A stretch of 64,000 bases of DNA from Paramoeba atlantica (Eukaryota; Protista; Discosea). Positions 9,295 to 19,515 of this stretch are shown one piece after another (position 1 is the first letter of the stretch; each line of letters begins with the position of its first letter). The DNA is taken from contig CDRNVI010000044.1 in the NCBI GenBank assembly GCA_977017575.1, forward strand, positions 868,001 through 932,000. Reading direction: 5' to 3'. A program made the translations under genes and the position numbers. Under the pieces are notes generated by a model. The model did not search any database, was not told where the DNA came from, and saw only the letters and a list, made by a program, of their open reading frames with translations.

Positions 9295-11928
9295 CTAGAG
9301 TTCTTCATCCGTTGGTTTTGTCTCCTCCTTCTCTTCTGCGCTTTCGCCCTTCTTGTTCTTTCCGAATTTACGTCGGCGAGGTCGACGGCCTTCAGAATCG
9401 CGCCAAACATAATCATCATCTTTCTTGTCCTCCTCGTCGTCCCAAGAATATTTCGAAATATCTTCTTTTAGCAACGGGGCGTCGACCCTCACAGACATGC
9501 CTTCTGTGATCATGTGCAAGACGCGTCTCGCGTAACCATCGGTGTCGTCGATTTCAAAACCACTCTGCAACGCTGCGGTTTCATACAACGCTATGGCGGC
9601 ATCAGCGGCGAGCTCGCGTTCGCTTTCCTCAGTTGCATTCACCATGTGTCGGATTTTTTCCATCAGTGGATGAAAGATGTTCAAACCCACAAGTTGCTTT
9701 GCGTCAGTTGCGTTGTTACCCTTGTCACTAAGAGGCTGGTTCTTCATAATCCGGGCCATATTAGCCGAAATACCATGGGAAGGCGAAGTTACAAGGACCG
9801 GTTCACGAACGTTGCTGCGGGTCGATAGCATTACTTTTAGAACTCGATCGCCCAGTAGGTCTTTGTACCACTTGGTAAAAGGTTCAAAATATTCCTTACG
9901 CTTTTTTTCAATTTTCTTTTCTTCGCGAGAGAGATCCTCGAACCGAATGCCTTCTTTTGTAAGATCCACCAGCTTCTTGTCATCGTAATCATGGAGGTTC
10001 TGAACGACGTATTCATCGATAGCATCCGTCATATACACAATTTCAAGATCTCGACTGAGGGCGTCACGTACGACTGGAAGCTGCATCAACTTCTTTTCAC
10101 TCTCTCCCAAAGCGCAAAAAATGAATCGTTGATCTTTTTGCATTCTCCCCAAATAGTCTTCAAGAGGAATCATAGTTCCGTTCGACTTGCTCGTTTTGTA
10201 GCGTAGTAATTTCCCAAGGCGAGTGCGATGTGCGCTATCGTCGATAATCCCTAGGCGAATATTTCGTCCGAAGTTTTCCCAAAATTTGGGATAGAGAGGC
10301 TTGAACTTTTTAGTCGCGTTGGTTGTGTTCCCAAGAAATTCCGCAGCCCCTTCTTCTCCGTGCTCTTCAATTAGAGCTGCGCGCCGTGTTTCCTCTTCTG
10401 CATCTTTTTCTTCTTGCTCTTCGAGTCGCTCCTTGTCTCGTTGAGCAATCTCGTTGAACATATTCAGCGTTTTTCGCATTAGTTTCTTTTTTATAACTTT
10501 TAAAATACGGTTCTCCTGGAGTTGTTCACGGGAAACATTCAGTGGTAAGTCATCACTGTCCACAACGCCGCGAACAAAACTCAAATAGCGGGGCAAAAGA
10601 TCCTTGAATTCATCTGTGATAAAAACTCGACGCACGTAGAGGCGAATATTCGTGGCGGTTTGGTTGTCCATTTGCAAGTTCGGTGCTTTCTCCGGCACGT
10701 AAAGTACGGACTTGAAGTCTACTTCTCCCTCTACTTGAAAATGAGTGTGATACATAGGATCCTCGAAATCACGAGCAATCGACTTGTAAAATTTAGCGTA
10801 ATCCTTCAGAGAAATTGTACTTGGCTTACGCGTCCACAACGGATCATGCTGATTAATACGCTGCCATGCAAGTTCTCCGGTAGGATTCTCGTCACCTTCT
10901 TCGTCGGCGAGCTCGCTTACCACGTGCTTCTTCTTTTTCTTGGTCTTAGTGATGTTTCCTGCAGCTGCATCAGTCGCTTCGGCACCTGTTGCGTTAACCG
11001 CTTCATCTTCGTCCTCTTCATCTTCGTCCTCTTCATCGTCATCATCTATATTGATCTTTAAACCCTTTTGTTGCTTCTTTCGACGTTTTTCCAACTCCTT
11101 CTTCCGTTTTCGTACAATGCCTTGATCGGTACTGTTGCTGCGAAGATAGATTGGGAAATGAATAAATTCACTGTATCGATGAATCATATCCCGAATATTA
11201 TCTTCGTCCAGGAATTCTTCCTGGGCATCCTTCTTAATCTCAAGTGTGAGCTCTGTGCCTCGGCCCAAAGTGTTCCCGCGGGGATCTGGATAAATAAAAA
11301 ACTGCTGATTCCCTGAAGCTCCACCACTGCTCTCCCATACCCACTGGGTGTCACTGTTGTCGTGCTTCGATGCAACGCGAACTCGTTCAGAGACGAGAAA
11401 GACTGAATAAAAACCAACACCAAACTGGCCAATTAAGTTCGCGTCCGTGGTTGATCCGTCAGTCAATTTCTCAAGAAAATTCTTAGTTCCAGAGGCGCCA
11501 AGTGTTCCCAAATTATTCGCAAGATCATCCTTCGTCATGCCGACTCCACCATCTCGAACAGTTAGGATGCCTGTGGTCTTGTTTGGAATGATGCGAATAT
11601 CCATCTTTGGCTCCCTCCCTTGATCATTTTTCGGGGTCTGGGTAGCCGTCAGATATAAAAAGTGAATTTTATCCAAGGCGTCGGATGCGTTCGAAATGAT
11701 TTCACGCAAAAAAATTGATCGATTCGTGTACAAAGAGTTAATCAAGATATCGAGCATCTTTCCGACCTCTGTTTGAAACGCATAAGCACCACCTTTGTCG
11801 GCACTCGGCGCATCATCTCCGTGGACACCGGGAGCAAATATTCTCTCTTTTACCACATTAGTGTGCACGCCTATCGAAAGGAAGAGGAGCACAACAGCTA
11901 CACTGCTGAGCTTGACGCGCGGAATCAT
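9295..11928 (-). CDS. GRP94: ER Hsp90 (endoplasmin/GRP94)
   Basis: FLREIISNASDALDKI, NNLGTLGASGTK, LIGQFGVGFYS and GVVDSDDLPLNVSRE motifs; N-terminal signal peptide from ATG 11928; C-terminal DEEL retention-like signal. Confidence 0.95.
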   Translation of the reverse strand: MIPRVKLSSVAVVLLFLSIGVHTNVVKERIFAPGVHGDDAPSADKGGAYAFQTEVGKMLDILINSLYTNRSIFLREIISNASDALDKIHFLYLTATQTPKNDQGREPKMDIRIIPNKTTGILTVRDGGVGMTKDDLANNLGTLGASGTKNFLEKLTDGSTTDANLIGQFGVGFYSVFLVSERVRVASKHDNSDTQWVWESSGGASGNQQFFIYPDPRGNTLGRGTELTLEIKKDAQEEFLDEDNIRDMIHRYSEFIHFPIYLRSNSTDQGIVRKRKKELEKRRKKQQKGLKINIDDDDEEDEDEEDEDEAVNATGAEATDAAAGNITKTKKKKKHVVSELADEEGDENPTGELAWQRINQHDPLWTRKPSTISLKDYAKFYKSIARDFEDPMYHTHFQVEGEVDFKSVLYVPEKAPNLQMDNQTATNIRLYVRRVFITDEFKDLLPRYLSFVRGVVDSDDLPLNVSREQLQENRILKVIKKKLMRKTLNMFNEIAQRDKERLEEQEEKDAEEETRRAALIEEHGEEGAAEFLGNTTNATKKFKPLYPKFWENFGRNIRLGIIDDSAHRTRLGKLLRYKTSKSNGTMIPLEDYLGRMQKDQRFIFCALGESEKKLMQLPVVRDALSRDLEIVYMTDAIDEYVVQNLHDYDDKKLVDLTKEGIRFEDLSREEKKIEKKRKEYFEPFTKWYKDLLGDRVLKVMLSTRSNVREPVLVTSPSHGISANMARIMKNQPLSDKGNNATDAKQLVGLNIFHPLMEKIRHMVNATEESERELAADAAIALYETAALQSGFEIDDTDGYARRVLHMITEGMSVRVDAPLLKEDISKYSWDDEEDKKDDDYVWRDSEGRRPRRRKFGKNKKGESAEEKEETKPTDEEL

Positions 11929-12120
11929 ACTTTCAACGGAGAATATACCAAAAAAAATTCCTAACAAACAAGAGTACGTTTGTAGATAAGTAAGAAACTC
12001 TGCCTTTCCTTTTTTCCCCTATCAACGCTAAAATTGTTTAATGTGGAACAATATTTCGAACTTTACCACTCAATCCCGAAAGGATTTATTTATGCAGAGT
12101 ATTTCTTACAGTTCAGTGTC

Positions 12121-13335
12121 TCACAGTTCAGTGTTTTTTTTCAAAAAGTTAATAGTAGGAAATAAGTGCTCTGCGTTTAGTGTTATACGTTCTACATGAC
12201 GCCCCTTCCATTTACTATACCAACTGTGCTGAGTGTGCGGATATTCTGGGCCAGCGAGACCATCTTCCATCAGCAGAAGCTGAACCATCTTGACGTCGTC
12301 ACTGCTCATATTTACTCCGTGGGAAAATAGGGTAGCAGGATGCGTCACAATAATACTGCCTTCGGGAAGACTCGAAATTGTTTCTACACTGTCCGTTGTC
12401 GGTGACCAATCCTCATACGGACGCCTAAAATGACTTCCCATTGGCACAAAAGGATGAGGGCCAAGTTCATCAACGCTACCAATATCTCCTTCTTTGCCTA
12501 AACTGATTAATTTTATATGAGATGCAGGAACAATATGAATTCCTCCTTGCAAGGCCTTCAATTCGCTAAGAAATACGGTGACCACAAGAAAAGGTGACGA
12601 CTCCGTCATTAAAAGTTGTGAATTTTCTACATCACCACTACTAGTTGTTAAAAGCTTTTGCCAAGGAACAAAAGCGGGGAAATCCGGAAGCATGCAACCA
12701 AATCGCTTCGCCTGACACAAAGGCCCTCTTAGTAGTACTTGGTCCGCGGCAAGTCTCCAGTGCTTCTTAAGATTAAATCGAGATGAAGTAAAGCGCGCTT
12801 CGGGTCGCTCTATGGCGGAACGGTCATCTAAAGCCTCTACCAGTCCTGCACATAGGCCTCGATAAAGAGGAAGAACTTCGTGTGGATTCGCCATCCAAAA
12901 ATTTGCCGTTTTTTCCGCAAGCACCTGCCGAAGACAGGCATCATGGTAAACTCGCTTCGTGGCCTCCATCGGGTCCGTTTGTTCGCGCAAATTTTTTGTA
13001 ATTTGCTGCGCCATTTCAAATAAGGATTGTGCAGCCTGCTTCGACTCTTCCTGTTGTCTGCTTCGTGAAAGGCGTTGAAATCTACGCCTCGAACGAGTGA
13101 CGCGCACTGGTCCCCATCCACGCATCATTTCGTCTTCAACATCGCGAAACAAAAGATAGTGCTGCTTAGTAGGAAATCGGTTGAATTCTGAACTCCGATT
13201 CCGGATTAAAGGTTGGAAGACTTCATTCCATTTCTTAATTATGCTACATGTGTGACACCCAGAGATCTGAGAAGTAATACTCCTGACAGAATGTCCCAAG
13301 AAACCCGGAAATACTCTGTATCCACTGAACTGCAT
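12121..13335 (-). CDS. PhyH/phytanoyl-CoA dioxygenase-fold protein, probably mitochondrial and catalytically degenerate
   Basis: RLAADQVLLRGP, GGIHIVPASH and GSIIVTHPATLFSHGVN match the PhyH scaffold. The N-terminus is rich in R/S/F. Confidence 0.55.
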   Translation of the reverse strand: MQFSGYRVFPGFLGHSVRSITSQISGCHTCSIIKKWNEVFQPLIRNRSSEFNRFPTKQHYLLFRDVEDEMMRGWGPVRVTRSRRRFQRLSRSRQQEESKQAAQSLFEMAQQITKNLREQTDPMEATKRVYHDACLRQVLAEKTANFWMANPHEVLPLYRGLCAGLVEALDDRSAIERPEARFTSSRFNLKKHWRLAADQVLLRGPLCQAKRFGCMLPDFPAFVPWQKLLTTSSGDVENSQLLMTESSPFLVVTVFLSELKALQGGIHIVPASHIKLISLGKEGDIGSVDELGPHPFVPMGSHFRRPYEDWSPTTDSVETISSLPEGSIIVTHPATLFSHGVNMSSDDVKMVQLLLMEDGLAGPEYPHTQHSWYSKWKGRHVERITLNAEHLFPTINFLKKNTEL

Positions 13336-13706
13336 GCGAGAAAAAATAACTATACAAAAAAGGTTGTTTTTAGAGTTAGGGTATTGCGAACAAGCAATAG
13401 AAATTATTTGATTCTCAAAAGCTTTATTTGAGTGAACGGAAGTTCACGGACATTTTAACCGTTAGTGCGCCATACATACGCACTCTTAAAAATACACTTT
13501 AAATAAATGAAAAACACTTTAAACTAGGGCCGATCTCAGAGTACATGATTTGCGGAAAGTCAGTGAAGGAACCCTTCATTTATGGTCAGCTAAAAGCACT
13601 GAAATTAAATATGCCCCCTCGTTTAAGCGCACCGGCGTTAGCACATTTATAATGCATATTAACTGCACGTTTATAATGCATACTAAGCGGCACATTCAAA
13701 TGCATA

Positions 13707-15073
13707 AACCCCTCGACACAATAAAGCACCCCCCTCTAAAATTTGTATGGTAAGTCCGTTTGAGCTAATTCTTGTGGCATTTTGCAGATCTCAGTGAATA
13801 GACTTTGCGCACCTTGTAAAATTGTCCTGGGGTGAATAAGGTAAAATATAAGTAGACGATTACCACTTTTTCACTTTTTCTCCCTTGCGCTTTACGCAGG
13901 CTTCTAGTCGACGATCGAAGCTTAAAACAGTTTTATTTACTTGCCTTCGGGAGATTTCTTCAAATGCTTTTTTTACACACCTAATAAGCGAAGTAGTACT
14001 GGAGGGGTTCATTCCACATACTCGTTGCTGTATCATTTCCCATACATTTTCTATAGGATTGAGGTCAGGTGAGTTGGCAGGCCAATTTTAGATATACTGA
14101 ATTTCTGATACAAAAAGATAAGACTTTGTCATTTTTGCAGTGTGTGCGCCTGCTCCATCTTGTTGAAAAATAAAATTACGGGGGAAAGGAGTCTTACACA
14201 GAGTTTTAATATACTTTCGTAATTGAGCTGTCATTGGGAAGAATAGCTAGATAACGCCACCCAACTCCAATGGCACCCCACACATGGTATTTTGGGGCCC
14301 AACGCATTTTCTGCCTTGAAGCAGCCTTTTCGCCCGGGGCAACCCACATTTTCTTACGCATGTCATTAGTATCAAAGATTTTTTCATCAGAAAATACAAT
14401 TATGCGTGAATCCCCATTCCATGCTAAGGCAAACTCAACCCTTTTAGCCTTCTGACGTTCGGTCAACGCCATAGTAACATGGCGTGGGGAATAAGTATAT
14501 TTCATTGCTTTTAAGTCACGTTGAACAGTGCGTTTTGTGACATGTACCCCCTTTTTACTCAATCTCCCCGCCATGCATCTAGCGCTGCTGTGTTTCGGCA
14601 CTCCAGCAAGGTCTTTTGGTGAAATAATGGTTACTATTTTTTTTCTGCGACGTAAAATAATTTTTTTCGGTGTAAATATTTTGGTTTTATTGGTTTCTTT
14701 TGCTTTCAGATATTCGGTGTAAATATTTTGGTTTTATTGGTTTCTTTTGCTTTCAGATATTGCCTCATATTTTACAGAAATATTAAATTCTCGTGCAAGT
14801 TGCTTCTTTGGGACACCGTCTTCGAACCTCAGGCGCAATAATGTCTTACCTATAGGGGTCATCCCCCCTTTGGGGGACGGTACTTGGATTTTACCATGAA
14901 AGTTTAGAAAAAAAAATATTTCTGGAACTGATTTTTTTAAAAGTTTTAAATGAAGCTAAAAACCCCGGGAACGTGCAGATCTCAAAATTGTGGACGATAA
15001 AGTGGTGCTGCAACCCCCATGGGTCCCCGCACGCAAAAAATAAAGGGGGGTGCTTTATTCGTGTCGAGGGGTT
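13707..15073 (-). mobile_element. Tc1/mariner DNA transposon (1367 bp)
   Basis: About 29-bp TIRs AACCCCTCGACAC(G)AATAAAGCACCCCC; TA at 13705-13706 and 15074-15075; internal transposase relic. Confidence 0.9.
13736..14897 (-). pseudogene. Tc1-family DDE transposase, disrupted
   Basis: IVFSDEK, VWGAIG, FQQDGAGAH and WPANSPDLNPIENVW motifs. Disruptions: frameshift near 14210, in-frame TAA at 14088-14090, and a 47-bp tandem duplication (14666-14712 / 14713-14759) in the HTH region. Confidence 0.9.
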
Positions 15074-15076
15074 TAT

Positions 15077-15280
15077 AGCACATTCACATGCATAACAGCA
15101 CATTCACATGCATAATGCACATTCACATGCATATAGCACATTCACATGCATAACAGCACATTCACATGCATAATGCACATTCACATGCATATTTAATCGG
15201 CACATTCACATGCATAAATCCGGCACATTCACATGCATATAGCACATTCACATGCATAACAGCACATTCACATGCATAAA
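15077..15280 (+). repeat. Tandem array of GCACATTCACATGCATA (10 copies, spacers of a few nt)
   Basis: Read directly from the sequence; 5-7 inverted copies occur at 15424-15563. Confidence 0.95.
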
Positions 15281-15965
15281 ATTTTAGGCACGGATATCAA
15301 CTTTTTCGAAAAGTTGGTGCGGGGTGCTCACCTTTGCTCCCGGTGAGGCCCCGGAGTTGCGAGAGGCCTCCATACCCCACAACTACCACCTTCCCTCCCT
15401 ATTTAGCGGGGGTCGCGCGAGCGATGCATGTGAATGTGCTGTTATGCATGTGAATGTGCTGTTATGCATCTGAATGTGCTATATGCATGTGAATGTGCTA
15501 ATATGTATCTGAATGTGCTATATGCATTATAAATGCGCCGCTTAGTATGCATTATAAATGTGCGGGCGGCACCTCGTTTTCCGTGGAAAGTGCGCTTAAA
15601 CGGGGGGGTCTGAATCAGTACATAAAAAAAATTAGTCGACCCTTTGCGGCGCCAGAGTCCGCACCCCAACTCTATGTGCGCTTAAACGGGGGGGTCTGAC
15701 CAGGTGCGCATAAGGCGAGGGGGGACAGTATTAAATATTAACAGGGGGGACAGTATTAAAATACGGCGCAGTTCCTAGTCAACTTTTTTTGCTACAATTC
15801 CCCATAACTTGAGCGTGCTAAAAGCGGATACTGTAATGGTTCCCTCTGGACGATTGGTCAAAATTTTTGAGAAACAACTTCTGCTCTTAACGAGAAGAAC
15901 GTTGCGCGCAGCTTGCAACATTGCATAATGCAGCCGACTCGAATACATTAATCGATCAGATATTC

Positions 15966-16400
15966 CTAACTGATCCCTTTTTCCCAACCAGACTTCTTTG
16001 TGAAAATGATTTCCCTATTCACGACACAGAGAGGAATCTCCAGAAGCGGTGGTACTGCATTCGGAGCTTCAAGACGATGGTTTGGACACGAAGCACATGT
16101 CATACAGCCGTCCATGTGGCCTTTCTTGCACGGTAGTGGTCCAAGGCTAATCGGGTCATCCAAAGCGGGTAATTGAGACATTGAACAGCCTACGTACATC
16201 ACAACGTATATCACAAACGTCATTGCTATTAAGGAAGAAAAGCGAAGTGCCCACAATTTATCGGGAAAATAGGTTATTCCCAATGTATCGGAAAGTTGCC
16301 TGTCAGTAACAAATGCCCAAAGCAAAAATGAAAGCAAGGTGAATATGCTGAGCACCCAACCAATAAAGCCGTATACTGCTGCAGTAGGCGTATGTGCCAT
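15966..16400 (-). CDS. PIGP: GPI-GlcNAc transferase subunit PIG-P
   Basis: AVYGFIGW...FLLWAF...LGITYFPDKLWAL, two TM helices, and PPLLEIPLCVVNRE tail. Confidence 0.9.
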   Translation of the reverse strand: MAHTPTAAVYGFIGWVLSIFTLLSFLLWAFVTDRQLSDTLGITYFPDKLWALRFSSLIAMTFVIYVVMYVGCSMSQLPALDDPISLGPLPCKKGHMDGCMTCASCPNHRLEAPNAVPPLLEIPLCVVNREIIFTKKSGWEKGIS

Positions 16401-16503
16401 TTATAGATATAAACCGGAAGATAGATTGATGGAAATTAGTCTCATCTAAAAGGATTTTCCCAGTGTCGCGTTGATGCCAGGAATATTACAGTGCGTGAAT
16501 ATA

Positions 16504-16553
16504 AACCACCGTCCTGGTTATTATACCTAGGGACACCTATTATACCTCCTAGG
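16504..16553 (+). repeat. Solo end of the AACCACCGTCC/CCTAGG MITE family
   Basis: TA|AACCACCGTCCTGGTTATTATACCTAGGGACACCTATTATACCTCCTAGGT is nearly identical to 36357-36407. Confidence 0.8.
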
Positions 16554-16723
16554 TCTTTTGGTATTGCATTCGACCTCTAGTTCTTTTCGATACTCGATCA
16601 TGCCTTTCCGAAGTCAAATACGACATTGCAACCATGAAAGAGAAACAAGAGAAAAATACTTCGAATTTCGAACTTACTTGGAAAAATATCTCAAAAAACC
16701 GTGGTTTTGGATCTAAGGGGTCA

Positions 16724-19306
16724 TCATCCTTCTGCTGTTTTGCTGACCGTCTCATTCAAGACCCATATAAAATCGGCAAGTGTAACACACGCAGTTCCTA
16801 GGTTATACTCTTTCAAAGTATAAACCATGAACCGAAGCAAGAATTCACTTGAAGGATACAAATATACGGCTTGTGCGGCTCGATACCACGGTCTTGATTT
16901 CTGCTTTTGTTTAAAGAGTTCTTTTAGAACGTGCTCTTTCGCCGGATTCCTCTTGTGCTCAGAAGACAATTCTAGTGGACCAATAGAATTTTCCATCCCG
17001 TTAATTGGGGAGAGTATACTTTCTACATCACGTTCTGAGATATTTACATTGTCCAGCAAATCGAGCAAATCTTGTATCAAATCGGCTCTGAACACACCTG
17101 TACGTTTGGCTACGTCAAAAATGTTTTTTATTTCTCTACGCATCTCTGCGGGCGGATTTCTAATTCGCGGTTTACCAGAAAATAAATTGTACGTGCTGTT
17201 TTTAATTGCTCTACTAAACCGAACCCAGTGTATATGGATGTTAGAAGTTAAGGTCTCAATAACGTTTGTGGTGAGTTTTGTATCCGTCGCGTCGAATTTG
17301 GATACGATTTCCTGCTCTAGTCTCATGTAATTTTCTTCTATCAAACGGCACAACTCCGTACAGTCCCTTATTATGAACTCAGCATTTCGCAAAGTGGAAT
17401 CGATAGATAGATTTTCTTTCTTCTGTCGATTCGACTTCAATTTCATGTCAGAGATTTGACCTTTTAGTCCTTTGAGGTGAATTTTCAAGTTCCTGTGCTC
17501 ATAGTTTTTTTCTCCAACATGTTTCACTATTGCAGCGCACTCAGATTTCGCTTTTTCGGCTTCATTTTGAAGAATCTGGTTATCCTTTCCTGTCTCGCTT
17601 TTCTTGTGTCGCAGCGAATTAATTTTCGATTCCAATGCTTGTCCTATTTCATCCTCCTCGTCTAGTATGGTTTTAAGTTCACTAACACGAATTTTGTCCC
17701 GTTCTAGATCTTTATATTTCGAGGAAAGTGATGTCAAGCACTCGTGCAACAAAAGTTCTTTTTTCGCATTGGCTCGAGCCTTCTCAAGTATTCTTTCTTT
17801 CGCAACTTCATTCCTGTAGCGTTCGATCATTTCATAGAAATTCGCCGCGGAAATAACCTGATCTAAAGGCTGTATTCTGCAAGGAGAGCTTGCTGTGCTG
17901 TACCTTGAAAGCTGTCTAACGTAGCCCGCTCCAGCGTATGCCACTCTCGCCTCGGTGCACAAGCCCTCCATGGTATTCTTCAGGGAAAAATACTCTCGTT
18001 CCTGGGTCAATGAAAAGCTTCGATCGAGTGTTGGGACTTGGCGAAGATGTTTAATCCGATCTGCAAATCGAAGCGTTCCTAGAATTTCGCTATAATCTCT
18101 TAAAGTAGGTGATACATTTGCAATCAAAAGGATTCGAGATCGCGGGGAAATGAGAGATGGTCGCAGGATGCGGGTCAGTTTGCTTTCGCGAAAAGGAATG
18201 TGGCGAGCGTTGGAACATATGTCACGGACTACCTTTCCCAGCGCACTGAGCGACTTGTTTACGAATAAGGCTTCCGATAATTGTTTTCCTTCCGCACCTG
18301 ATCGTTTTATTCTTTCACTACCGGCAAGGTCAATAAAAGTAATTTTGTGTCGACTTCTAATCGAGTCTCGAAATGTTTGACTAGTATAAAAACTTATTTT
18401 TCCTGCATCTATGCGTTCGTCCAACAAATCATGATGAGACAGATCAAGTACAATGGTACCACTTCCTACGTCGGATTCTGTAAAGCGTGAAAATGCATCT
18501 AACTCATCAATTTCGAATGAAAAAATCGCATGCGATCGACTGGAGGCACGATTGGCTTGTGTTTGTGCCACTGACCTCGCTTTGTTTGCAATATTTAGAC
18601 AACTGATTACGTCACTGAGGCTAGCTACACGAATCAACGTTTTATTTATTAAGATGATATCCTCTTCTGATTCTCTAAATCCAATAATGCATCCGTCTTG
18701 CAAAAGGTCGCGAAATCGATCTTGGTAAACTTCAACAGCACTCATGTATATCTCTATTCTAAGATTAGGCTGCCGCCTTCGATGTTCTAAAAGCTTCGAA
18801 GCAACTCGAAGAAGGAGTCCGTTTTCGAAATCGGACTTCAGCAAGTTAGTTTCTACATGCAGTGAATGTTCCGTATGTATGAAGCCCTGACTGGTTAGCC
18901 GAGGATACATCTCTTCCAAATCGCGTTGTCGCCCACCTCCGAGCAGCGTGTAAGTTTTTCCGCTACCGGTTTGTCCGTATGCCATTATTGTTAGATCCTG
19001 ACCTGCAAATGCAGCAGCAGTCAAATCCTCGACGCATTCGTTAAAAACATTTTCTTGCGTGTCACACGTATCAAAGACATTGTCAAAAACAAAATCGTGC
19101 TCCTCTAAAACGGTCCCCCGGACATCGCGCTTAGTCAACAATAGGGTAGTGTCATCTACACCACGAACGCAGACGTTGTTATCTGTTTCATTATTGGGAC
19201 GCAGACAAGGACGTATGCGCGCAACTACACAAACTTTGCGTTCTCCGTTTTCGGCGTCTCTATTATTCAGACGTTGATTTCTTCCTGTCTCGCCGTAAAA
19301 ATTCAT
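16724..19306 (-). CDS. Kinesin with N-terminal motor domain and coiled-coil stalk
   Basis: GQTGSGKT, SSRSH, DLAGSE and HIPFRESKLTRIL motifs. Confidence 0.95.
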   Translation of the reverse strand: MNFYGETGRNQRLNNRDAENGERKVCVVARIRPCLRPNNETDNNVCVRGVDDTTLLLTKRDVRGTVLEEHDFVFDNVFDTCDTQENVFNECVEDLTAAAFAGQDLTIMAYGQTGSGKTYTLLGGGRQRDLEEMYPRLTSQGFIHTEHSLHVETNLLKSDFENGLLLRVASKLLEHRRRQPNLRIEIYMSAVEVYQDRFRDLLQDGCIIGFRESEEDIILINKTLIRVASLSDVISCLNIANKARSVAQTQANRASSRSHAIFSFEIDELDAFSRFTESDVGSGTIVLDLSHHDLLDERIDAGKISFYTSQTFRDSIRSRHKITFIDLAGSERIKRSGAEGKQLSEALFVNKSLSALGKVVRDICSNARHIPFRESKLTRILRPSLISPRSRILLIANVSPTLRDYSEILGTLRFADRIKHLRQVPTLDRSFSLTQEREYFSLKNTMEGLCTEARVAYAGAGYVRQLSRYSTASSPCRIQPLDQVISAANFYEMIERYRNEVAKERILEKARANAKKELLLHECLTSLSSKYKDLERDKIRVSELKTILDEEDEIGQALESKINSLRHKKSETGKDNQILQNEAEKAKSECAAIVKHVGEKNYEHRNLKIHLKGLKGQISDMKLKSNRQKKENLSIDSTLRNAEFIIRDCTELCRLIEENYMRLEQEIVSKFDATDTKLTTNVIETLTSNIHIHWVRFSRAIKNSTYNLFSGKPRIRNPPAEMRREIKNIFDVAKRTGVFRADLIQDLLDLLDNVNISERDVESILSPINGMENSIGPLELSSEHKRNPAKEHVLKELFKQKQKSRPWYRAAQAVYLYPSSEFLLRFMVYTLKEYNLGTACVTLADFIWVLNETVSKTAEG

Positions 19307-19515
19307 TTACTGTACTGCAGAGTAGTCGAAATAGGTAACTAGATTAATTGGAAGTTCTTATTGTACCGGACCAAGCCCCAAAAAATATATGGGCAGTAAG
19401 AAAGGTATGTGATCTAAATTGTATGAATGTACAATTTTTATCAATCTTATTTTTATCACACAAGCATGCATTGTAACAGGCATATTAAACCCAGTTATAC
19501 TACATACTCACCACA

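Larger units (their letters stand above)
13614..15608. mobile_element. Foldback-like/pogo-type non-autonomous element with repeat-built inverted arms; host of the nested Tc1
   Basis: CCCCCTCGTTTAAGCGCAC (13614-13632) is inverted at 15590-15608 and again at 15676-15694. TATAATGCATACTAAGCGG (about 13672-13690) is inverted at about 15537-15557. The arms are built of GCACATTCACATGCATA units. Confidence 0.7.

Noticed and set aside
15077-15563. GCACATTCACATGCATA array as a CRISPR array
   Set aside because: Spacers are only a few nt and recur, the array has an inverted counterpart, no cas genes are present, and the context is eukaryotic.
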